DNA of 46,571 nucleotides from Bacteroidota bacterium (GTDB lineage: Bacteria > Bacteroidota > Bacteroidia > Chitinophagales > Chitinophagaceae): the NCBI GenBank assembly GCA_947461595.1, contig CANHLZ010000001.1, forward strand, positions 1-46,571, given 5' to 3'. Below, in pieces: positions 28,308 to 36,143 of the stretch. How positions within the stretch are numbered: position 1 is the stretch's first letter; every line of letters begins with the position of its first letter. A model generated the notes under the pieces. That model ran no database searches. It was not told the origin of the DNA and saw nothing but the letters and a program-made list of their open reading frames with translations. Position numbers and translations under genes: made by a program.

Positions 28308-29705
28308 CTATTTATAAAGAAGCACAAAAGGAACCAGTTTTTTTGAATAATAGCCCCTATCTCTTTTATCTAAATAGGGTGGGCTATGATCTCCTATAAG
28401 TATAATTTTATTCCATTGATTGGTATCTAATTTTTGGATAAAATTAGAAATGGTATTTTTAATTAATTTCAATTGGTTTTGCGCTTCCTCTGAAATGGGT
28501 AAGTTGTCAATTTTAAAAGTTGGGGTAGGATCTTTTTCAATCACTTTCATTTTAAATGGTAAATGCGTATTTTCGGTTAACAAGTAACTAAATATTTTAT
28601 TTTTAGAATTTGTTTTAGTTAACATGTAATTAAACATTACGGTATCATTGATAGATGGGAAGGAAGATTCTTTAACTATATTAACCGATCCATTGACATT
28701 ATCTAACAAATAATTCTCTTTAAAATGGGTATGTTGGATACCAATATTTTTCCACCATACCACTCTATTAAACATATTGCCACTAAAAGAATGAAAACCA
28801 TAGGTGGTATAGCCCTGTTTCTTTTTGTAATCAAAAATAGAATAGAGTGAATTGGTATCTGTTTTATGATGAAAAAAATATTCATATTTACCTGTGACAC
28901 CAACCAACTGCCTCATTGCAGCGGATGTAGTAGGTCCATTAAATGGACTTGTTCCCCATTGAGTGTTGTACCCTTTTTTTGTAATCATGGTGGATAAATA
29001 GGCTTGGAGCGCTTCTTGTGTGATACTGTCATTGATTAAGCCCCAGGATTCAATTGTAATAATTAATTGATTCCCCGCACTGTCATCTTTAAAGTTTTTA
29101 AAAACAACTGGTATCTCTTCAAGAGGTGTTACTTTCACCGGATGTATTAAAGACTGATTTATTTCTTGGATATAATTTAGTAATAAAGAACTAACAATAT
29201 TTTTATTTACTACAGCCAATGTGTCATTTTTGGCAGCGAGCTTACTGGAGCCATTGACAAAATCCAATAATATTAAAACAGAATAGAGGATGAATAAGGA
29301 TTTTAAAAATAAATTCTTGTTTGATTTAACTGTTAATGCAGTTTGTTTGAGTACAAAATAGATTAAAGCTAAATAAGTAATAAGCAATATAATATATAAA
29401 ATTTGTTGCCAATTAATTTTATAAAGTGCAATAAATTGTAAGGAGGAAAAAAGTTCACTAAAAGCAAATAAGTAGATAGTAGAAAAAGTATCAAAGATAT
29501 CTAGAATAAAAAATAAAATAAATAATAGAAAACTGGTTTTTAAATTTTTAGAATACACCAAGGCCAATAACACTAATGCATATTCATAATAAAACAAGGA
29601 GCGCGGTAAAAAGATAAAAAAACCTAATGCCCCCACTGAATTAACCAGAAGAAATAACAATATAAACTGGACTAAAGGTTGCTTAAATAAATTCTTTAAA
29701 AACAT
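28308..29705 (-). CDS. LtaS/MdoB-family membrane-anchored sulfatase-fold phospho-transferase (probable phosphoglycerol transferase)
   Basis: N-terminal TM bundle, then IESWG (metal Glu), GPTTS (Thr nucleophile), NTHLPF and IGDH, in the order seen in LtaS/EptA-type enzymes. Confidence 0.75.
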   Translation of the reverse strand: MFLKNLFKQPLVQFILLFLLVNSVGALGFFIFLPRSLFYYEYALVLLALVYSKNLKTSFLLFILFFILDIFDTFSTIYLFAFSELFSSLQFIALYKINWQQILYIILLITYLALIYFVLKQTALTVKSNKNLFLKSLFILYSVLILLDFVNGSSKLAAKNDTLAVVNKNIVSSLLLNYIQEINQSLIHPVKVTPLEEIPVVFKNFKDDSAGNQLIITIESWGLINDSITQEALQAYLSTMITKKGYNTQWGTSPFNGPTTSAAMRQLVGVTGKYEYFFHHKTDTNSLYSIFDYKKKQGYTTYGFHSFSGNMFNRVVWWKNIGIQHTHFKENYLLDNVNGSVNIVKESSFPSINDTVMFNYMLTKTNSKNKIFSYLLTENTHLPFKMKVIEKDPTPTFKIDNLPISEEAQNQLKLIKNTISNFIQKLDTNQWNKIILIGDHSPPYLDKRDRGYYSKKLVPFVLLYK

Positions 29706-30678
29706 AAGTAATAATGATAGTATAAAATATGGCTAGTAAGTCATCGGCTATAATGCGTATATTTTTTGATAAGTAATTTGTTGTTTCTACTTTTTTGATG
29801 CCCAATGGCTTATAAATATCAAAAAATCTAAACAATACAAAACAAATAGTCCATAGAAGTGGGTCCTGAAATGGCAATAACCATAATATAAGAATGGCAA
29901 TGGTTTCGTCAATGGTATAAAAGGCTACATCTTCCTTTTGATATATTTTTTCAAATAAAGGGTACACCACAAAATGCGCTAATAAAAATAGAACAAGTAC
30001 TATAATTTTAATTTCGATGGCTATGGCTGAAAAATAATATACCACTAAAAAAACAAATAAAGAACTTATGGTTCCTGGCATTTTTTTTATTAAATAGGCG
30101 CTATACATTGTGGATCCAAGCATAACCACTATTTTATCTTGTATATTTTTTGAAATTGATTTTAGGATTGCAAAATAACTAAAATATAATATTAAAATTT
30201 CTGAAAGTAAAACCAAAAACGAATAGCTAGTGGAGCAAAATTCATTATCATAATTTCTACAAGCAATAAAAATGATGAAAACATAAAATAAAAATGTTTT
30301 TACTTTTCCAAAATAATTAGAGTGGTCTTCAATTAATTTTATTTTTCGTCCAATTACTACCAATAACTCTCTCAGTATAAATAAAATAACAAACCAAATT
30401 TGTATTTCCTTTAAATGGTAAAAAAACAATAAAAATACGATAGCTACTATTTTATCGGCTAGCTGATCAAAGTGTTTTCCAAAAGAAGTTTCGCATTTCC
30501 AAGTTCTTGCTAAATATCCATCTAAAAAATCGGATACACCAACACCAATACTTAATATTAAAATAAAAAGGGGATGGGTATCAATGAATAATATAAAAAC
30601 TGCTGCTACCCTGGTAAGCGTTATTGTATTAATAAAACTTCTTTTTAAAAAGAAATCATTCGAGGAGAAACTTTTCAC
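29683..30678 (-). CDS. Fusion of CDP-alcohol phosphatidyltransferase (PgsA-like) and phosphatidylglycerophosphatase A (PgpA)
   Basis: N-half: NTITLTR, DFLDGYLAR-x8-G-x3-D-x3-D, LRE, GKVKT. C-half: MPGTISS, YTIDE, LFRFFDIYKP, IIADDLLA. Confidence 0.85.
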   Translation of the reverse strand: MKSFSSNDFFLKRSFINTITLTRVAAVFILFIDTHPLFILILSIGVGVSDFLDGYLARTWKCETSFGKHFDQLADKIVAIVFLLFFYHLKEIQIWFVILFILRELLVVIGRKIKLIEDHSNYFGKVKTFLFYVFIIFIACRNYDNEFCSTSYSFLVLLSEILILYFSYFAILKSISKNIQDKIVVMLGSTMYSAYLIKKMPGTISSLFVFLVVYYFSAIAIEIKIIVLVLFLLAHFVVYPLFEKIYQKEDVAFYTIDETIAILILWLLPFQDPLLWTICFVLFRFFDIYKPLGIKKVETTNYLSKNIRIIADDLLAIFYTIIITYVFKEFI

Positions 30679-30679
30679 T

Positions 30680-30703
30680 TTATCTATTATCTATTATCTA
30701 TTA
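30680..30703. repeat. 7-bp tandem repeat (TTATCTA)x3 plus TTA
   Basis: ttatcta ttatcta ttatcta tta, directly upstream of the GTG start at 30678. Confidence 0.8.
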
Positions 30704-30779
30704 AACTTTTAGACAAAAACTTATCAAAATGGTTTAATATAATAATAAATGTCTCTGGATTTCAAAAAAAATTCTAAGT

Positions 30780-30787
30780 CAAATGTA
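30780..30787 (-). promoter_or_regulatory. Bacteroidota -7 box (TACATTTG) for the PgsA-PgpA/LtaS-like operon
   Basis: Exact TAnnTTTG match just past the M20 peptidase stop codon. Confidence 0.55.
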
Positions 30788-30795
30788 ACTAAATT

Positions 30796-32142
30796 CTACC
30801 TACTTAGCCTATAAATAGTCAAGGCTGCTCTTTTGATTAAATAGGGTAATTCATTTAAGTTAATAGTTTCTCCTGGCGCATGGGATCCTTTGCCAGAAGC
30901 CCCTAAGCCATCGATGCAATCAACATAGGCTGCTATATAAGATATGTCACCGGCACCGCGAGATCCTGGGTCACCTGCTACAGTGGGACCCGCGCCCATA
31001 GCCTGAGTTACCCCACTAATTACTTCTAGCACCTTATCATTGCCTTCGGTGGGCGCCATACTAGGAATGCCATCTTCAAATTGGATGCTGGCCTTGGTGC
31101 CTGGCAAGCTATTATCTACAATGGCTTGCATCTTTTTTCGGGCATTCAATTTTTGCTCCTCTGTTAAAAAACGTAAGTCACCTGTTACGGTTACTGCGGG
31201 GGAGATAATATTTGTTTTTCCAATGGCCGTTCCTGTTGCCTTGGTTTCATCATAATTCATTTCTGAACCTCCAATAAATACACCCGGATTAAATGTTAAA
31301 TATTTTTCGGTACTTAATTGCACTCTAAATTCATTCACAATTCGGGCTGCTTCATAAATAGCACCATAACCCGCATAGGGGGTAAACACACCCGAGCTAT
31401 GTCCAGTTTTTGCTTTTACATTTAACAACCAACCACTTGCACCCCTTCGGGCAGTGGCTACACTATTTAATCCATTAGCCCCTTCAAAAGCAAGTGCAAT
31501 TTCTGTTTGCTTTGCTGTTTCAATAAAATCTCCTCTACTCACTTCACGTGGATTGCCTGCATGTTCTTCATCGCCCGTTAAATAAGCAATGATATTGGCA
31601 TCATTGAGCAAACCCTGTGCCTGCAGGGCTTGCAAGGCAATGATCATAATTACATCTCCCCCTTTCATATCTGTCACTCCTTGTCCGGTAGCGGTAGAAT
31701 CATTCAACATCGTGAAAGGATTGGCTGGCATATCAGGTTCAAACACGGTATCTAAATGTCCTATTAAAAAAAGTTTTTTTCCTTTATTGGTTTTGGCATT
31801 GGCCGTGGCTGAATTTTTAAATCCTATACTTGCTACCAAATGTCCTGCTCGGCGCAATGAATCTGGCATAGGAATCCACTTGGTTTTAAAATTTGCTTTT
31901 TCAAATTCACGCGCAAAAATAGCACCCACTTTTTTTACGCCCTCAATATTTAAAGTACCACTATTGATATCCACCGATTCTTTTAAAAGCGCAATAGCCC
32001 TTGGCATATTGGCATCGATATACGCCATTATTTTTTGCTCCTCCTTGTTTAAGGTTACTGTGGCTTTTGTAGTTTGTGCTGTTAATGATTGTGGTGAACC
32101 AAATCCAATGATAGCGATGGTGATTAAAATTATTTTTTTCAT
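30796..32142 (-). CDS. Secreted M20 family metallopeptidase (carboxypeptidase G2-like)
   Basis: Signal peptide, IGHLDTVF, DMKGG, DEE, FEG, SHAPGE. Confidence 0.9.
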   Translation of the reverse strand: MKKIILITIAIIGFGSPQSLTAQTTKATVTLNKEEQKIMAYIDANMPRAIALLKESVDINSGTLNIEGVKKVGAIFAREFEKANFKTKWIPMPDSLRRAGHLVASIGFKNSATANAKTNKGKKLFLIGHLDTVFEPDMPANPFTMLNDSTATGQGVTDMKGGDVIMIIALQALQAQGLLNDANIIAYLTGDEEHAGNPREVSRGDFIETAKQTEIALAFEGANGLNSVATARRGASGWLLNVKAKTGHSSGVFTPYAGYGAIYEAARIVNEFRVQLSTEKYLTFNPGVFIGGSEMNYDETKATGTAIGKTNIISPAVTVTGDLRFLTEEQKLNARKKMQAIVDNSLPGTKASIQFEDGIPSMAPTEGNDKVLEVISGVTQAMGAGPTVAGDPGSRGAGDISYIAAYVDCIDGLGASGKGSHAPGETINLNELPYLIKRAALTIYRLSR

Positions 32143-32426
32143 AGGGTACTATTTATGATCACCCAATTTACTTCAATTCATTTAAACCCCAAAAGCTTGC
32201 GGTAAATACTTGAAAAATGGTTCCCTATTTGACTTTATTTTGTTCTAAAATAATAAGCTACTACTGTACCACCCCTTCAGTTATAATGACATCACTTAAT
32301 GCACCGGTGCAGGCCCTTTGATGATAAATGTTAGTAGCTAATTTGTACCTATTGGAAGCATCTTATATAATATATTAAAATAAGTAAATAATAGTACTAA
32401 TGGAATTGCTTCAACCTGATGTTAAT

Positions 32427-34802
32427 TTAATTAAACTGCAAAGGCACATTAATTTTTAAACTAAAGTTGCGGCCCATATTAAATACACCCACTCTGCCTG
32501 TAAGCAAATTTTCATCGGTATATTTTAATCGACTTAAACTATTTTGATACGCTACATCTGTTACATTTTGTGCAAACAAGGAAATACTAAACAATTGTTT
32601 CCCTTTATTAAACACCTGTGTGCCCATGCCTATATTAATTAAACTATAACCAGCTGTTTTTGTTTCGGTATGATAACCTGTAAATGGATTATTTTGTGCA
32701 GCTACATTATCCAATTGTAATGACAAATAGGTATTTTTATAATTGATTGTCTCATTGGTTAATTCATATCTTAATTCCGAAATCCATCTGAAAGTAGGAA
32801 TATTGGGTAAGTTGGTACTTCCGTCTATTGCTTGATTAAATACACCTCGTACATAAGATAAAGTGTTTTCAATGTGCAATCCATCCAATGGATGTGGATG
32901 AATATCAATATTACCTTCTGCGCCAAATAAATTTGCATTTTGTTGATGATAGGCAAAAGCATAAAAGTTTTTATTGTCATTTACGATAATAGAATCCCCT
33001 CCATTTACTGACAATAATTTTTGATAAAATATATAATCTGTAACCATATTGTAAAATACATTTCCTGCGAAAGAAATATGCTCATTACTCCATTCGGTAC
33101 CTAAATCAAATTGCAAACTTTTTTCTGATAACAAATTCGTATTGCCATATTCATATCTATTGGTTCCTTCGTGAGCTCCATTACTGCCCAATTCGGATAA
33201 ATTAGGTGCTCTGTATCCTCTTGCCACATTGAATTTATACACCACATTATTGTCAGCTTCATAAGTAGCGCCAAAAGAACCTGCTAGGTCTCCATAATCT
33301 TTTTGCATACCATTAAACTCAATGCCTTTTTTATCTATTCTTAATCCACCACTTAAATACAATTGATTGATATGTTTTTGTGTAAAAAAGAACAACCCTA
33401 ACTCTACTGCACTGTAAGCAGGTATTAATGTTTCAACCCCTTTGTTTTTATTGTCCTGATTCATTCCACTCACCCCAATGGTATGTTTCCAGTTTTTAGT
33501 CTCAGGCAATAAATATTGAAAAGAATAATTTAAAGTGCCTAAATCAAAGTATAAACTTTTTTCTGTTGGATCTATTATATTTCCGAACTCTTGTCTTTGA
33601 TTGCGTTGATAAGCAATATTGGCTTTTAATTTTCCAGTACCCCAGTTAATACTATTGTCTAAAATAAATTTAGTATGCTGTATATTTTGATATGGAATTT
33701 GAGGGTTGGTGGAACTAAAATCCGCATCGGTGGCTGGGATGCTTTCTATGCTAGCATTATTGCCAATGCCTTGTTCTATGTCTTTCGTGAATTGCCCTTG
33801 TGCATTTCTTACCCCTTCGATCATGCCCAGCTTTTGTGTAAACTCGCTTACAATAAAATGGCTATAGCCCCAATCCTTTTCTAAACCTATAAAAGCACTT
33901 CCATTTAATTCACTAAATTTTGAATTAAAAACATACCCATCGTATTTATTTTTATAATCGGATGCTTTTTTACTAGAACCATTAAAGCCCCATACTAGTC
34001 CGTGGTTATTGCCTGCTATATCAAAATGATAGCCTTGCAATTGATTATTACTTTGATAATTAGTAAACAAATTTCCTTTAATGACCCCCTCTGCTACCGG
34101 CACATTAGATAAAATATTAATTACGCCCGATAAGGCTTCGCTCCCATAAATTATAGAAGCAGGTACTTTTAAAACCTCGGTTCTAGTAACATTGTATTCA
34201 TCAATTTCTATTCCATGTTCATCGCCCCATTGTTGCCCTTCTTGTTTAACTCCGTCGTTTAAAACCACTACCCTATTGTATCCAAGGCCTCGTATGATTG
34301 GTTTAGAAATAGCTGGCCCTGTAGTTAATTGAGTCACCCCTGGTGTTGTAGATAGTGCATCAATAAAATTGGTAGCTGCTCCTTTAAATAAATCTTCCTT
34401 CCTTAAAATACTAATTGGTGTGGGCGTTCTTTTACTGGAAGTGGCCCGTAAAAAACTGGTAATTGTTACATTGGTATTTTCTACCACATTGTGATTTAAT
34501 GCAAAATCTTTTTCAAGGTTATTTTGTACATCAATATTAATGGTTTGTAAAGTATAGCCTATATAACTTACTTCTAATAGGTATTTACCAGGCGTTAAAC
34601 TTATTTGATAGTATCCTTTATCATTAGTGACTACTCCTTTTTTTAATTCAGGAAAATAGATAGAGGCGCCTTGTAAAATTTGTCCAGTTAATTGATCCGT
34701 CACTTTCCCATGCATCAAAGCCTTATCTGACATTGGTTTTGCTTGAGCTATGTGAATAGCTAAAAATAAAAGAAGTGGCGTTATAAAAAAATATTTGAAC
34801 AT
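32427..34802 (-). CDS. TonB-dependent receptor, probably for a metal or metal complex
   Basis: N-terminal carboxypeptidase-regulatory-like domain, plug (KPIIRG, QQWGDEHG), GYRAPNLSEL, C-terminal GRNF. Confidence 0.92.
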   Translation of the reverse strand: MFKYFFITPLLLFLAIHIAQAKPMSDKALMHGKVTDQLTGQILQGASIYFPELKKGVVTNDKGYYQISLTPGKYLLEVSYIGYTLQTINIDVQNNLEKDFALNHNVVENTNVTITSFLRATSSKRTPTPISILRKEDLFKGAATNFIDALSTTPGVTQLTTGPAISKPIIRGLGYNRVVVLNDGVKQEGQQWGDEHGIEIDEYNVTRTEVLKVPASIIYGSEALSGVINILSNVPVAEGVIKGNLFTNYQSNNQLQGYHFDIAGNNHGLVWGFNGSSKKASDYKNKYDGYVFNSKFSELNGSAFIGLEKDWGYSHFIVSEFTQKLGMIEGVRNAQGQFTKDIEQGIGNNASIESIPATDADFSSTNPQIPYQNIQHTKFILDNSINWGTGKLKANIAYQRNQRQEFGNIIDPTEKSLYFDLGTLNYSFQYLLPETKNWKHTIGVSGMNQDNKNKGVETLIPAYSAVELGLFFFTQKHINQLYLSGGLRIDKKGIEFNGMQKDYGDLAGSFGATYEADNNVVYKFNVARGYRAPNLSELGSNGAHEGTNRYEYGNTNLLSEKSLQFDLGTEWSNEHISFAGNVFYNMVTDYIFYQKLLSVNGGDSIIVNDNKNFYAFAYHQQNANLFGAEGNIDIHPHPLDGLHIENTLSYVRGVFNQAIDGSTNLPNIPTFRWISELRYELTNETINYKNTYLSLQLDNVAAQNNPFTGYHTETKTAGYSLINIGMGTQVFNKGKQLFSISLFAQNVTDVAYQNSLSRLKYTDENLLTGRVGVFNMGRNFSLKINVPLQFN

Positions 34803-34834
34803 TAGTTTCTGTTTAAACTTAATTGAATTAATCT

Positions 34835-34867
34835 TTCTTTTCGCATTTTCTAAAAAAGTGAAAAGAA
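34835..34867 (-). promoter_or_regulatory. Inverted repeat between the RGPP leader ORF and the TonB receptor start
   Basis: TTCTTTTC-N17-GAAAAGAA with partial inner pairing. Confidence 0.4.
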
Positions 34868-34911
34868 TACAACAAGGCGATCAGTAATTGAAATGCTTTG
34901 TTTAATTTACG

Positions 34912-35253
34912 TTAAGCTACAGGAGGACCTCTAGAATCTAAAGTTGAATTTTGTGCAGAAAAATTAAACGCTAGTATTCGCGTATTGCGCACTACTGCAA
35001 TGACAGGATGTGTTAATATAATTTGAAAGCTAAAATCAGCAAATGGCGAAGCCACTACTAAATTTTCATGCGAACAATGAATGGTTGAATTTTCTAACTG
35101 ATCAATAGGCAAATCTTTGTGTACATCACATCTAACTTTATCCGTATGTTTTGCTACTAAATCATGAATCGTTTTTTGAGAGGTAATGCTAAATGCAAAA
35201 ACCACCAACATGAGTAGTGCAATAAACGATCTTATGGTTTTAGAATACAGCAT
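34912..35253 (-). CDS. His/Cys-rich upstream ORF ending in RGPP (candidate ribosome-arrest leader, DUF2946/CruR-like architecture)
   Basis: ATG 35253, N-terminal hydrophobic segment, HDLVAKH, CDVH, HCSH, C-terminal SRGPPVA*. Confidence 0.75.
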   Translation of the reverse strand: MLYSKTIRSFIALLMLVVFAFSITSQKTIHDLVAKHTDKVRCDVHKDLPIDQLENSTIHCSHENLVVASPFADFSFQIILTHPVIAVVRNTRILAFNFSAQNSTLDSRGPPVA

Positions 35254-35403
35254 ATTAATAAAGTACCCTAAAGTTACGCCATTAATCGAATACAAGTAAA
35301 TATCTAATTGATTTTGAACCTTTTAGCAAAAATGGTGTTATTATAATTAACTGATTTACACTCGATTATTAAAATAATAATTGGGTTAATGAGTAAAATC
35401 ATC

Positions 35404-35423
35404 TATTTTTGATGTTCAAACAT
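35404..35423 (+). promoter_or_regulatory. -7 box TATTTTTG with overlapping palindrome (candidate repressor operator) upstream of the nitroreductase
   Basis: TTG at 35381-35383, 20-nt spacer, TATTTTTG at 35404-35411, ATGTT-CA-AACAT at 35412-35423. Confidence 0.55.
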
Positions 35424-35450
35424 TGAAAATATAAACATAAAAATTAATAC

Positions 35451-36080
35451 ATGAAATTATTAGATGCATTAGAATGGCGTTATGCTGTTAAGAAAATGAA
35501 CGGAACTAAAATTCCTGCTGAAAAACTAAACCATATTATAGAAGCAACTCGTTTAGCGCCTAGCGCTTTTGGTTTAACTCCCTATTCCATTATTGTTGTT
35601 GAAGAGGAAGAAACTAGAAAAAAATTACAACCTGCATTTTACAATCAATCACAAATTGTGGATGGTTCTGCAGTAATTGTTTTTGCTGCATGGAATAATG
35701 TTACAGAAAAAGAAGTAGCAGAATACATGCAAGACATTGCTGAACAAAGAGGGGTTGCAGTGGATTCATTAAAAGAATTTGCTGGTTACATCAATGGTTC
35801 TTTAAAAAATTTGAGCGCCGATCAAGCAAGAATATGGGCTGATAAGCAAGCCTACATTGCATTAGGATTTGGTTTAGTAGCAGCCGCTTCTGAACAAATT
35901 GATGCAACGCCTATGGAAGGTTTTGCTCCAGCTGCAGTAGATGAAATATTAGGCTTATCGGCTTTAGGCTTACACAGCACTGTTGCTTTAACTTTGGGTT
36001 ACCGTGATGCAGCCAATGATTATTTAGTAAACGCTAAAAAAGTTAGACGCGATCATAAAAAATTAGTGATCAATAAATAA
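35451..36080 (+). CDS. NAD(P)H-dependent nitroreductase (NfsB/NfnB-like)
   Basis: WRYAVKK, RLAPSAFGLTP, QAYIALG, DATPMEGF, LGYR, KVRR. Confidence 0.92.
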   Translation: MKLLDALEWRYAVKKMNGTKIPAEKLNHIIEATRLAPSAFGLTPYSIIVVEEEETRKKLQPAFYNQSQIVDGSAVIVFAAWNNVTEKEVAEYMQDIAEQRGVAVDSLKEFAGYINGSLKNLSADQARIWADKQAYIALGFGLVAAASEQIDATPMEGFAPAAVDEILGLSALGLHSTVALTLGYRDAANDYLVNAKKVRRDHKKLVINK

Positions 36081-36103
36081 TTGATTTCTAAATAGCATTT
36101 TGT

Positions 36104-36130
36104 AAAGAGCCTCCATTGGGGGCTCTTTTT
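36104..36130. terminator. Bidirectional intrinsic terminator between the nitroreductase and thrC
   Basis: AAAGAGCCTCC-ATT-GGGGGCTCTTTTT between convergent genes. Confidence 0.85.
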
Positions 36131-36143
36131 ATTAGTCAATCTT

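Noticed and set aside
31589-32158. 189-aa antisense ORF over the M20 peptidase
   Set aside because: It mirrors the sense-strand codons and has no recognisable motif.
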